Positions 14,553 through 27,671 are shown, counted from the stretch's first letter. The stretch is DNA of 64,000 bases from Epiperipatus broadwayi (GCA_028023455.1 JAQFVV010000004.1:26536001-26600000); one strand, 5' to 3'. A program made the numbers and translations. Notes: generated by a model not told the origin, from the sequence alone.

Positions 14553-15512
14553 CAAATATAGTATACTGGTCTGGGAAGATGTAAAGTCTTCAGTCTTACC
14601 ATATCTGCCATACAGGATGCCACTAAGCTATTTGAACCTAGAAATTTTATAAAGTAGGCAGATATGCGCTGTTAAAGATCCAACTTTTATTTATTAAAAC
14701 CATCAGCCCTTGCCACTAACTCAGTGAGATGCAGAGATTTATAAAATATAATTTTTTTAAATATTTTTTCAATATTAACAAAATTAAAGAAGTTACTGCC
14801 AGTAATAACACACACAAACATTTATTTAAACATATATAAGATTTTGAATCATTATTTTAGTCTAACTTTTACTTTAGCATTTAATTACATTTTTAACTTT
14901 TATTTTTGAAGTTTGCACAGATGAATTTAATATTTTATTAAAAAGTGTCAAGTATGAATAGACTACATAGATTGCATTTGAAAAGAAAATATTCTATTCC
15001 TTATTTAACCTTAGGCCAAAAGTTTGCAGCTAAACCAACGTCAATCTATCTGATATATCAATGTATTCAATGCTGTATGAATACTACAGCACAAATACCA
15101 TACTGTCAGGAATGTTTATAATTGAAGAAATTGTCTCTTGTCTAGTACAGGAATGTTACATCTGTCTGGCGAAAAGAACAATAAAAAAAAACTCCATAGG
15201 AAGGGATTGTGGTCTTTTTGGCCGACTTACAATCCCATTCCATAGGCAAAAGGGTGATCCAAGGAGCAGGGAATACCGTCTGTCTCCATTGGTCAATAAG
15301 AAAGGCTTATTTTGCCCAAGTGTGGCATATAAAGTGATCCTGCATGTAACGGACCTCATACTACATTTACAGATTACACCAATATATCCAATCCACTGAC
15401 CCAATTTAACTACAAAACAAATAACCCAAGATTTACCTTCCCTTAATTAAACTAATATAACTTTACAAATCTATGCAGTCATTCATACCCGACTTAAGTT
15501 TAGCATTTATTA
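14553..15512 (+). repeat. Unclassified interspersed repeat, copy 1
   Basis: Homologous to the reverse complement of 42380-43285; shared blocks include aaaaaaactccataggaagg and gaaaagaaaatattctatt(c/t)cttatttaa(c/t)cttaggccaaaag. Confidence 0.8.
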
Positions 15513-15619
15513 AGTTTAGTTTAACAAAAAAAAAAAAATCATAATAAAACTTAAAAGAACAAAAATAAATAAATAAATAGAAATGATTTTTTTAAAAAAA
15601 TACATCAAATAAAATTAAT

Positions 15620-16130
15620 CTTTAATAATAATTTACATTGGTCAGATAGGATTCTATTTCTGTTAAATATGGAACAAGTTTTAGAATTAAAGTTCTTATC
15701 CTTTTCAAATACTGGAGTTTTAGAATTATAATTAAAGCTTATTAGAGTTCAGAAATTTCTTACTGTTTAAAAGAAAAGTCCATATTTTCTAGTTGCTTGC
15801 AAATTGGAGCCTGCGTTAATTCCCCCGATGTCCTGTGGTCCTCAATATAGAAAAATGATTAGTCATTCCTTTTTTTTCCTTTTTAAAAACTGAAGGAATT
15901 GAAGAGTGCATCTTTTCAATCCCTTCTCCAACTCTCCCCACACTAACACATCTCTATCTTCCCTTTTTTTTTAATTTACAAACTTTTCCTTTTATTGTAG
16001 ACTTTCAGATCCAGTGGACATTATGTCATGTTGATGATGATCTTTTCATCGAGGTCTGTTTTGTAAGGGATTTCTTTTATTGGCTATTAATTTCTATTGT
16101 TTTTTCTCTCCTATCTGACCTTTACTTATA
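15620..16130 (-). mobile_element. Possible CR1/L2-like LINE 3' remnant
   Basis: Minus strand RTTGH...TFLLNSKKFLNS weakly resembles the TRGH..KL...FFS.RV...WN.L tail. Heavily decayed. Confidence 0.3.
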
Positions 16131-16436
16131 CATTTTGAAATTCCCAAGTGCTAGCTTACTTTTAACTAATTGAAATAATAATTTCCATTTTGCAATAGCA
16201 TTAATTAATTTATTGTACATTCTTTTTATCTTTAAATCTTTCAAGCTTTTTTTTTTAATATTTAGTTTTAAAACTTTTTTTTTTTTCATAATGTTTTCTT
16301 CTAATAATTTTTCATCTGTGTGATTTTATATATATAAAGTTTAAATGACTTTTAACTTTCAATTTTTTATTTCTTAAAAATTTTTTTTATATGTGAACTT
16401 TTCTTTTTCATGTCTAATTTTTAGAAAAAATAATGT

Positions 16437-18112
16437 AATGGCATATGTGCCCATTACAATAGGTAATTCAGGTTTGTGTCCCAACAAGTTCTCATTGTGA
16501 TGAAGAAGTAGAGGATTTTTTATATGGATGTACACAAAGCTTTTGATCAGACCAAGCAACATCTTAAAATTGTCACGAGAGACTTAAAAGATGAACATGT
16601 AGGTAAATTTGGTTATGGTGATAGAAATGAGAAGACATAGATTTGTGGTGGAGTTTTTAGAAAAAGATAAACTTTATATTATGAATTCTTTTTTTGAAAA
16701 AAATATTAAATGCAAATGAACATGGAAGCATCCAAAGAAGGTACAGCAGAATTGAATTGTATTATGACTAACAGAAAATATGTATTTCAAGATTGTAATG
16801 TTCTTAATAAATTTAATATAGGAAATGATCATCAATCAGTAAGATGTAAGATATATGTTAATGCAAAACTAAAGAGAGAAAAGTTATTAAGAAAAACAAT
16901 ATTCACAGTTGATATTTCTAATCTTCAGAAACATTCCAATGAATTTAAATTACAACTTACAAATCATTTTCAAATATTAATATATTTTGATCATAATTCA
17001 AATTGAATGAATTCAACAGGAAGATATATGATACACTTTTGAAAACTACAACAAAAATAGCTGGTACAAAAAAGCAGCAGTTGACCAGTAAAATTTTTTC
17101 CGAGACAAGAAGAAAAGAAGAAATTTGAAATATATAAAAATGATGCATTAAAAAGGATTGAATATCTTCAATTTTGTTGTGTGAAAAAGAGTTGATAATG
17201 GTATAAGAAAGTATAACTGTGAACTAGCAGGGAAAGCTATAGGAGAAAATAAAAGTCTAAAGAATGTAAAACAACATTTTGGTATTGGTAGGAAACTTAT
17301 TTCTGCAATAATGAAAAAAATGGAACTATTAGTCAAAAGAAAGATAACATCATGAAATTTGTAGAAAAATTGTATTGTATCAAGTATTACATAGCAATAA
17401 AGAACAAAGAAAAGTACCTCCTACAATTGCTATATCTTCTGAATTGCCCTTGATTTTAAATGAAGAAGTGAGACATGCAATTAAATTTATGAAGAAGGGA
17501 AAATCTTCAGGTAATGATGAAATTATAATTGATATCTTAAAAAAAGCAGGGGAAGAAATAGAATTTTTTTTGCCAAAGTTATATATTAAATGTCTAAATG
17601 ATAAAGATGTACCAGATAATTGGAAGAATGCCGTTACTAATAATAATATTTAAAAAAAAAAAGGTAAACAAGGTATTAGAAATTACAAACCTATCAGTCT
17701 TTTATCAGTTTTATACAAATTTTTTTACCAAAATAAACCAAAAGAACAATCTGGATTTAAAAGTGGTTTTAGTGCAATGGATCACATCCATGTATTGAGA
17801 GAAATTATAGGGAAAAAATAATGAATATATGTTGCCATTATGATTTGGATTTGTAGGTTATGAAAAGGCATTTGATTTTATAAGCATTGATTCAGTGATT
17901 AAAACATTAAATCATCAAGATATATAAACCCATGATGTTGTCATATTTTGAAGAATATTTATAAAAATGCAATAGCAACAATTAGATTACATAAAATGAT
18001 ATTAGAAAGTTTAACATTGAAAAAGGTGTACAACAGGATGATGACTTTATATCTCCAAAACTTTTTACAACAGTTTTGGAAGAAGTATTTGTGGATTAAA
18101 ATGGAAAACTAA
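16437..18112 (+). mobile_element. RTE LINE continuation (endonuclease C-terminus, linker, RT motifs)
   Basis: VIQVCVPTSSHCDEEVEDFY...GKFGYGDRNE; EEVRHAIKFMKKGKSSGND...VPDNWKNAV (ORF 17375-17653); EQSGFKSGFS..DHIH; YEKAFD; KGVQQ...SPKLFTTVLEEVF. Confidence 0.9.
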
Positions 18113-18299
18113 TCATCTAGATTGACTAGGGATTTTTCATCAGAAAACCTAAAAAAAAATACATTCACAATCTTAGGTTTAAAACTAAATATTATATCTT
18201 ATATTTATATCCATAAATATATAATATATAATTTCTCTTATGTGTTTACATTAATTTATATATATATATTGAACCATTCCACCCCTCATCATACCTTGA

Positions 18300-21290
18300 G
18301 TTTTGGGTTATCAATTATTTGGAGTCATTTACACATTCTCCGATATACCTTTTTTGTAAGATAATCAAATTATGGCCTTCATGAAACAGTCAGAAAATGT
18401 ATGAAAAAAAAAAGACTACAATTATATTTACTGATTATCTTTATATCCCTGGGTTAGTGAGAATTGGTTAAAACATTATTTAAAGAACCATTATTCTTAT
18501 CTAAAGCAGCTTATATTATGAATAACTGTGTCAGTGTAAGATTTTTTTTCTTTTCATAAGAACTTTATTACTTATATAAAATGTTACATTAGTACAATGG
18601 TGAAAGCAATGCAGTTAACGAAAAAACCAAGATGAGGATCACACAACTAGTCTTGCAATCAGGAACAACTAAATGTACAGCCTAAGCATCATAAAAAAAA
18701 ATCTGCAACGTAAAGAAGGTCCCATGTAAATTAAAGTGCTGGTATGAAGTGTTAAGAGCCCCCAACATCATTGTAGGGTAAGGGTTAGAGTTAAGTATCA
18801 AATTAATTTGTTGTATCAATGTGTGAATTAGTGATATGTCTTTCTTAATAAAAACAAATATTACATTTAATCTAAAGGACTGCTGAAAGAGAGTGGCAAT
18901 TAGGAGAAATTGGTTAATAACATTTATTCTATATGATTTAAAAGGGAATTATTGGGAATAAGAATGGTTTCCCCTGCAGAGCGGTGGGCCAAAATGGAAT
19001 GATGTAGAGAACCAATTTTGCTGAATCTAATTGGAATTTCTAGATTTGAGAAGGGATTCAATCTCATTTCAGCAAGGCATATTATATGCAGTGAATATTG
19101 AGAAATCCAATTTGAGATTACATTGACCCTTTTAATTGAGTTAAGGCCTTGAACATTAAAACTGGTTATCTCAAGTTTCATCAGATCAAAATTCGAGCAA
19201 AAACAAACCTCCACCAGAATCAAATAGCAAAGTATGAAAGAAGTAGAGGATCAGATGACCGAGAAAATGGTAACTCATTTCTTCCTGGATGGCTTAATAG
19301 GGATTTTGGATTCCTTGCCATCAACCTTGAGACCACCATGGATCTGAGGTTTTCCAGTGAGCTCTATTTTTTTTTATTTATATTGTTTTGGTGAAATGAT
19401 TTCTTTCATGTTGTTCAAGTAAACATCCATGCAGAGATCTTTAGATGGTGTATTAAGATCTGGGCCTTTATCAGCTTTAGAGTCTGGTTTCATTTTTTCC
19501 CTATTCTTAATTGCACTGGGAGATTTGGGGTCAAATGAGCTTTTTCTAGACCCATCAAACCTTTGCTTATTGCCATTAATTCAAAAATCACTGATGTCTT
19601 GATTAACCATCTTGGATTCCCTTTTACTTTTTTTTAGTTATGTTGGAGGAAAGTTTGGTGATTGTAGAATCTGAGCTAGGAGATGTGCTACTGCTTCTTG
19701 AAGAGTGTGAGGAAGCATTGGTCACAGAAAGTTTATAATTATTGGTGGGGATCATAGGTTCAAGAGGTTCAGGGCTGATAATATCATGTACTGTACTATC
19801 ATTCTTGGGGAAGTAAGATCTATGCTGCCTGGGGTATTAAGCGGTTCTGCAATTGTGCAACCTGTTTTTGAATTACAAATATGATGTATCCTAGAAGGAC
19901 ATTCTTTAATGAGATGTGTCTACTGTTTACAGTAGAAGCACTACAATGGAACACCTCAAAAGTATATTAGAAGAGCAGTATCAACAGAGTGCATAGTAGG
20001 GATAGACATTGTACTAATCCCTTTATTAAGAATAATGGTGAAAGTCCCTGTATTGGTCAGGACCGGTATTTTAGCCCTTCTTTCTAAAAGATATTGAAAA
20101 TTTGAAACAGACCCAAATGGCTTGAGAAGATGTTGAAAATCAACCTCTTTAAAGTTAAGGTAACAATTACAGGTTTGGCCACTAATGATTGTTGGCGTAT
20201 CATATCAACCACACATAATATTTTGTTATCCATGAATTTAATTGATTTCTGGAAAATTAACTTTTGTGATGCATCATGAAATTCAACAACTAGGTATCTG
20301 TTATTGGGACCATTTAATAACTTCTAACATTATTCCATAATTTCTTCATTGTAAGTTCATTTCATTACAAAACTTTTCAACTGGAAAATTAAATAAATCA
20401 CAATTCAAGTTTGTAACAGCAAGGATTAAGGTTTTATTACTACTGTAATTAAGAAATGATCTATAAAGTTGAGGGAATTGTGGCATTAAACCTGTGGGTT
20501 AAATGATTTAGAGTGTGTTGATACAGATTTGAGTAAGGAAACTCAATATTGGTAGGTTCAATCTGGGAGGTTGAGGCTATTTCATCTTCAAACATGTTGA
20601 AAATATCTTTTATCATTCTGAAGATCCTTCCAAGCAGATATCTTAGGCCTGTTGGAATTTATTTGCAAAGCATTACCATATGAGATATTAGAGAAACTAT
20701 AGTTAGGTTGAGTTTGGTGGTTGTGGTAGTGGGAGGGTTCTGTATTCATAGGACCTAGAGCATTGGGAATATTATTTTTTATATTATCATTGGCTGAAAT
20801 TTTTTTATTATTGTTGTTTAAAACATTATATTTTTTAATGTTACTCACTTCTAATACAGGAAATTCCTCCATTAAAACAATCTCATGTGTCTTCAATTTT
20901 CCTTCTGTCTTCATGAAAATTCAGGGTGGGGTTCCCAGGAGGTAGCTTTTTATTAAGATCAATGTTTTCATTCATGAAATTAGCTTTCACTGATATTTTT
21001 CCATGCATAAGTTGAGAATCTAAAGAGTTCATAGCCATGCAAATAGCTCCTTGTTCAGTAGAATCCATAGGACAATTATCACTATCAAATGATTTTTCCA
21101 TTATGAATGAAGACTCCATTCTGAAGTTGGAAGAAAAAAATGGGTGTTAACAAAATTTTTTTAGTAGTTTTAAATGAAAAAAATCCACTTCTATGAGGCA
21201 AAATTAATACAAAAGTTAGCACCAGAAAAGCAGAGTACTTCTCTGGACTGTGCCCTCTAGCATGCTGCTTTAGTAAAAGGAAAAAAAAGG
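18300..21290 (-). mobile_element. L1/Tx1-like LINE 5' portion: ORF1 with CCHC knuckle plus APE endonuclease
   Basis: ORF 18924-19223 ITSFNVQGLNSIKR...HIICLAE (EN start); PTMMLGALN at ~18760 (GDFN-like); CFYCKQ*.H..KECP knuckle at 19897-19940; ORF1 segments align with 45767-45985 and 47010-47330. Confidence 0.75.
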
Positions 21291-22817
21291 GATTTGATAA
21301 TCATAATTAAAATTTTTATTCGATATATTATTGCTCATTTAACTGCAGTAATAAAAGTATTAAATAGCATTATGGAAATAAACTTTTGAGATTTTTGTTT
21401 AAGAAAATTTAATAAATTAAGAAAAAAAAATACACACTATCCAAACTCATTTACCCCCACTCCTTTCAGAACACATTCAATAAATAATTGTTAGCTAACA
21501 ACAGAATTATTTTCTTGTTTAAGTTAAAATAAATTTAAAATAAATGATACAAATATAAAACATTGATTTATAACAATAATTTGTAATGATACAAAGAGAA
21601 AGCATGAACTACCAATGTATTTTAAAATATATAAAATAGATTAAGTTCTAAAAATAATTTTAGTTCAAAAGATTGTCAAAGGCCTTTGTATTAAGTAATT
21701 ATCTGTTTAATTACACGTATCTTTTTTTCTGAATAAGTCTCATTGTTTTATGGTAATAGTTTGATGTTCTTAAATAATGATGTCTCCATTTCCATTATTC
21801 CATTACAGCTGGGGTTGATTTTGTAAATGAATTTTCATTCTTTGCTTTTACATTTGCAGCAAACAAGGATTAGGTAGATATTAGTGGTTTAGAGCTCCAT
21901 TTCAGAAGTATGAACAGATTCAGTGATGATAGACAAGTGTTACCTTTAGTCTGCCATGGGTAATCTTTTACCTATACTTTTGAAGGCCTTCATATGGTCA
22001 ATTGTGCAGATAACAATCTCAGAGTTTAAAATCATCCCCTTTGTTCATTATGGTTTCCAACCCCTCTGGTCACTCCAGCCTTCACAATGTTTCAGGATGA
22101 TTAGCTTCTTTATGGCAATCAAAGAAACTGCTAGTGAATAATCAATTCAGTTTATGATACTGCATGAATTAACTCTTTAATTAATAATAATCCTATAATC
22201 TCGACTGGCCTAGCTATATATACTGCTCTCCTTCATCACCACTTCTTTTTATCAGCACCAGTCCTTTAATTAATTAATTAATTTTTTAAAGTTTCAGATT
22301 TACTCTTCTGCATGGTTTTAATTGTTTATCCCTAAAAAATAATCTTGTTGCTATGCAACAAAGACTGCTTTTACATTTTTTAATTTCAAGTGAATTTTTA
22401 CATTACACTTTTTTTCTTATCACAGACTACTTTTCAGATATTTTTTCATCAAATAAAGATAAAAAATAAACATATATCTTTTATAATATGCATTTTAGAA
22501 ACTATACAAATGTGTCTCTTATCAAAAATGCATGCATCTAGAATTTTTTTCAAATAAAAAAGGGGTTGTTTTTTTTCTGGTTAACTTCTAGTCAATTGTT
22601 GAGATGAAAAACAATAATAAAAAATAGAAAAGGTTAGCTAATTACATTCATTAATATAGCATTCCATTCCATTCTATTTGTAAATATACTTTGTACCAGT
22701 AAATGAACTTAATGGTAGTTGAAGAGAGTTAAGTAATTAACTGTAAGTACTTCTGTGGATTGAATAACTGTGTATAATAGTTAATCAGCATTATATTTAT
22801 TATTTATATATATATAT

Positions 22818-23960
22818 TGTAACCTCAAAAGAGGGAAGATCACTAAGGTGAATACCAAGCAAGGTGAGTTCATATTACAATGATTGATTACTAACACTTT
22901 GAACATGCCAAAATTGCAAATTCAAAGTCAAGATGACTGAATGGTCATAAACAAAATGTAAAAATCATAGTTATGCATAAAAATAATAGTATACTTAAAT
23001 ACATGTAAAGTATTTATATTTTAAGTTAGATGTAATTAGAGGGATTTGAACCCAACATTAAAGTTTCATTTAGTCATTCACTCTATTTTATACAACCAAT
23101 ACATGGCCACATATAATAACTAAATAATAATAATAGTAAGCTCAAAAATATACAGACTACCTCTTTTACATACAGTGCAATAAGAGAAAATATGTGCACT
23201 ATTACAAAAACATCAAATTAAGAGGGAGAGTTCTTATACTCTCTCTTTAAAACACAATATAACTCTTAAACTTTTATGCAGCATATAGTTACTCTTAATA
23301 CTCTTTATCCAACATATCTTCCAAAATACAACCAAATCTTACAATCATAATTCTTCTTCTAAATGATCAGATTTAAAGAATAGTTATTCTTTATTAAAAT
23401 ATCTCAGATCTTCTATAACTCTTTCTTAGGATAATTTTTATTTTAAGCAGAGCAATTCTTTCATAAACAATTTTATAAACAAACTTTATCGTTCTTTTAA
23501 TAATCAATAATCTTTTTATTTATTTTTCAAAACCAATCAAGAATATGATCCTAGTAACAAATGATAGCAATAAGACATGATCTTACCTTCAAGGTGATAT
23601 CTTATTGAATCAAACAACTATTAAATTTAGAATTAGAATTAAATATGAAAAACTCATATTAAAAATAATGATACACCCTAGGATGTCATTTGGATATCAT
23701 GATTAGGAAAATGATTTTATTGCTATCCAAAATATCACACCAACAGATTTCCTCTTAATCTTATATTAAAATAAATTAATCTTATGATCTTAACCCCAAA
23801 TCAATAAAGTAATGTGATCTTATAATAGGTGAATAAAATGATCTTATCATTAAGATAAATAAAACAATCTTCTTCTTAGATGTTATCTTAACATCAGTAC
23901 TATAATTTTAATAAAGTGACTCATATCATATTTCCTTGTACTTATTTCTTGTTCTCTCTA
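22818..23960 (+). mobile_element. Possible solo-LTR-like sequence
   Basis: Starts TGTAAC, has repeated atcttat subunits and an AATAAA near 23910. No TSD or terminal CA confirmed. Confidence 0.2.
22990..23115 (+). repeat. Left-end fragment of the hammerhead-like repeat family
   Basis: tagatgtaattagagggatttgaacccaac...tcattcactctattttatacaaccaatacatggccacatat matches the family's left end at 55490-55580 and 55835-55920. Confidence 0.7.
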
Positions 23961-24063
23961 TGTATAAAATAAATAAATATATGTATGGTATTATTATATT
24001 TCTGAATGATGAAAGTGATGATAATAATGATAGAGAAACAAAAATTAATTACAATAATATTTA

Positions 24064-24689
24064 TTCATCGGCATCATTCATTCAGACATTGTATATAGTA
24101 ATTTAAAGTGACTGTTATATTGTCACACCTTCTGTGCCAGTACTTCAGATTTGCTCATATATAAATATTTGAGTCGTAGGAATAAGAGGGATTCTTTTTA
24201 TTCCTGCATAAATTCTATATCTTGTATTGGTCAGAGGGTATTCATTTATAATTTAACACTCGCAAAATGTTTGCACAATTGGCTTGAAAGGCCGATATGA
24301 ATGTAATTACAAATTGTATACAGATGCTATAAAAATAAATGCTTATTTATATATATCATTAAGTTTCAGTTGAAATTATCTTAGTAAATTCTAGAAAATT
24401 TCATCGGCATCATTCATTCAGACATTGTATATAGTAATTTAAAGTGACTGTTATATTGTCACACCTTCTGTGCCAGTACTTCAGATTTGCTAATATATAA
24501 ATATTTGAGTCGTAGGAATAAGAGGGATTCTTTTTATTCCTGCATAAATTCTATATCTTGTATTGGTCAGAGGGTATTCATTTATTATTTAACACTCACA
24601 AAGCGTTTGCACAATTGGCCTGAAAGGCCGATATGAATGTAATTACAAATTGTATACAGACGCTATAAAAATAAATGCTTATTTATATA
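24064..24689. repeat. Tandem duplication, two ~290 bp units (period 336)
   Basis: ttcatcggcatcattcattcagacattg...ataaatgcttatttatata at 24064-24353 and 24400-24689, nearly identical, with a ~46 bp spacer. Confidence 0.95.
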
Positions 24690-24756
24690 AATAATATTTA
24701 TTGAAACTTATAACATTGACTCTCACAAAGGTATAATATGAAGAGATATTATAAAG

Positions 24757-24940
24757 GATATCTTGTGGATCTGAACATAATTTAGCAATTTTAGATGATG
24801 GTAACTTATGCGTCTGGGGATGGAATAAACATGGAATGTGTGGTACAAATGATGATGAAAATGTTACAAGTTCCAGCATAATTCAACCAACAAAATCAAA
24901 AAAGGTTTTGATTATTGGAGCAGGTTTTGGACATTACAAG
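24757..24940 (+). CDS. SERGEF: Isolated RCC1-repeat exon or pseudo-exon, SERGEF/DelGEF-like C-terminal repeat
   Basis: 24758-24940 translates without stops as ISCGSEHNLAILDDGNLCVWGWNKHGMCGTNDDENVTSSSIIQPTKSKKVLIIGAGFGHYK, matching my recollection of the SERGEF motif SCGSEHNLAI...WGWNEHGMCG.G...NV...G.G.GH. Strong donor AAG|GTGAGA at 24941, but only a weak AAG acceptor and an in-frame TAA at 24752-24754. Confidence 0.7.
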
Positions 24941-27671
24941 GTGAGAATATCTGACAGTTCTATTATAATACTTCTAGAATCATTTTAGATAAAATTGTGT
25001 ATTTTTATATATATGTATATAACAGATATGTAAGACAATGCAAAACAAAAGCCTTGAATTATGAGGAGTAATATAATCTGTGTTTATTCATTATGGAAAT
25101 GAACACAACCATATTTTTTTAAAAAAAACCATCAAGCTATATTACAAACAATTTTGATCTGTTAATAAATAAAATAACATTTGGATTTTTATTTATTAAA
25201 CATTTTGTTTTAAAAATATTTTTCAGAAATTATATATCTGCCTGCAATGTATGCAACATGAGATTAAAAGTGAAATGAGATTTAATTTTTTAAGTAAATT
25301 TGGGATTTTTCATATACCTTTCTTATCCCAGATATATCTTTAATTATTAAAATAAATAGAAGCTAAGATATTAAAAAATACAAAATCTTCACCAATTAGT
25401 ATTTAAATATATTCAAGGGTACTTTTTTTTTTTTCCATTATTGCTCTGAAAAAACTTGTGCTTTGAAGTAGCTATCTGAGGTTCACTACATACATATATT
25501 AGTCATTTTTAGTTTTCTTTTAAATGGATTTCTCTGATTATCTTTTAATATAATAGTGATAGATTTTATTTATGAATGATGTTAAAATGACTATCTATAT
25601 TTTGTTCACTTTCATGAATAAATATTTTTGCTTTTTATTCTTTTTGGTTATTTTATTTAATACTTTTCTGAATTTCACTACTTACCACAGAAATAACTTA
25701 TTATGTAAAAAAATATTCTAATGAGGTAGAACTCATTAGAAACATAAAACATTATAAGTGATTACAACCTTAAGCAATTCTGTTGTGAGTATCTCATGAC
25801 TTGGTGGTTGCCACATCTATCTGCGATAACCATTATCTAAGACTCAAGTTTGGATTGTGTAAACTTTAATATTTTTTCCAAGTTCCAAATAAACTTCCTT
25901 CTTAATAGACAGCAAGTAGCCAATTCAGATAATCATCTGGTAATGGTCAGTAAATGAATATTAAATATTTTGAGCTACAAGTTTAAGGAAATCAGTGCAC
26001 TGATTTTAAAATAGAATTGTTTTATGATAGAACATGAAATACTGTTGGGGTAGTGAAGCATTATACTATTAGAGATTGTGAGTGATCAAATAATTATATT
26101 AATAACCAGTATCTGATATTGTTAGTATAATGTTCAATGAACGTAATATAAAAAAAAGGCTATAAAATATTTTTAAGTCAATCAATATTTATCTTTTCCC
26201 ATAATTTTATAGTATTTTAAGACATTCAAAAAGTCTCTTTCAGAAGTGATATAATAAATATGAAATTATGAATAATTAGAAGACTAAAAATCTAGGAGTG
26301 CAAAGAAGCATCTCAGCATTCTTATACATTATTAAGAGAAAATACTCTTGACTATATACTAACATGCTATAAAATGATTTACAATTATGCTAATAAAAAT
26401 AATCTACTATAAAATGTTAGCCTTAATTTACCAGGCCATAAAATGGCAGCTATATCAGCTTGAGATGTCTAGCCTTCAAGTGATAACTGATAAAAGAATC
26501 TCTGTAGACAAAGAATGTTTGGACTACAAATAATAAAAACAATCATTTCCAGGGTTATATTATGATCAGATAGAACATAATAGTTGTCAATGCTTAGACA
26601 AAATTGTGTCTCATTTATTATAAAACTGATTATGATGTCATTTCTATCAATTTACATCTCCAATAAAACATCATATACTGTAATATTGTTGATACCTTGT
26701 AATCTAAAAGAATTGTTTTAAATGATATTAAGATATGTTGCAACTAATCATTGATTCATTACTTCACTTTTATTAAAGATATTGTTTATTATGATTATTA
26801 TTACTATAATTCATCAATACTGGTTATAAGGCTTCATTACTGTTTTATGCTAAATTCAACAAGATTCTATGCATTACTGCAATCATTGTACCTAATTATT
26901 CTTGCATCCTAGTGCATATGAGTTATGACCACACCTCTTTAAAGTACTTCACCTTCTCAGAATTAGTGATAAATCCTCCAATATATCAATTCAAATGACA
27001 CATAACAGTGAACACTGATAGCTTAGTTGTGATTTGTTTAATTTATATACTCATTCCAACATAATCCTTTTTACGTCAAGCAGCATATTTAGGTTAATAT
27101 ATAAATTAGTGAATTGTCCAAATTATTTTTTTTTAAAAAAAATACAATTGTAACCTTTATTTCTATATACTTACCTTTATTTTATCTCTTTTTTTTTTTT
27201 TTTTAGTAACAATAAATAGTTTACATTACATTGAGAATTGCATTGCAATATTTAATTAAGAATATAATGTAACCGGACCACCATACAACCCTTTTATTAC
27301 GTTAGTTGTAACAATTTTCTGATGAGCATGCTGTAGGAAAGAACTATCAATTGACATTCCTAATGCAGATGTTAATGCCTCCTACAACAATATTTCCTGC
27401 TCATCAGAGGATGTAGTTTTATAGAGACTGGGAACATCTAAATATTTCTATGTTTGGTTTCCCAAAAAAGCGCCATTAGAGTTCCATCTCACTACAACCT
27501 GACTGGCCTAGGTCAAGTTATGTCAGACGTAGCTCAGAGAACATGAGATTCTCATGAACCAGTGCTATAACTGACGAGTGATGCATTAAAACAAAACAGA
27601 ATTGAATAACTGGACAACCAATTTAATTTTTAGTAACAAAAAAAATTTATTAGATAACAATTAATTTGCAA

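Noticed and set aside
25800-26620. Gypsy integrase C-terminal remnant (IVSDQ-like)
   Set aside because: A single short motif in heavily decayed sequence is insufficient evidence.
27319-27412. CTGATGA...GAAA on both strands as hammerheads
   Set aside because: No helix II can close before GAAA and the required U16.1 and helix I pairing fail; it is only an imperfect inverted repeat.
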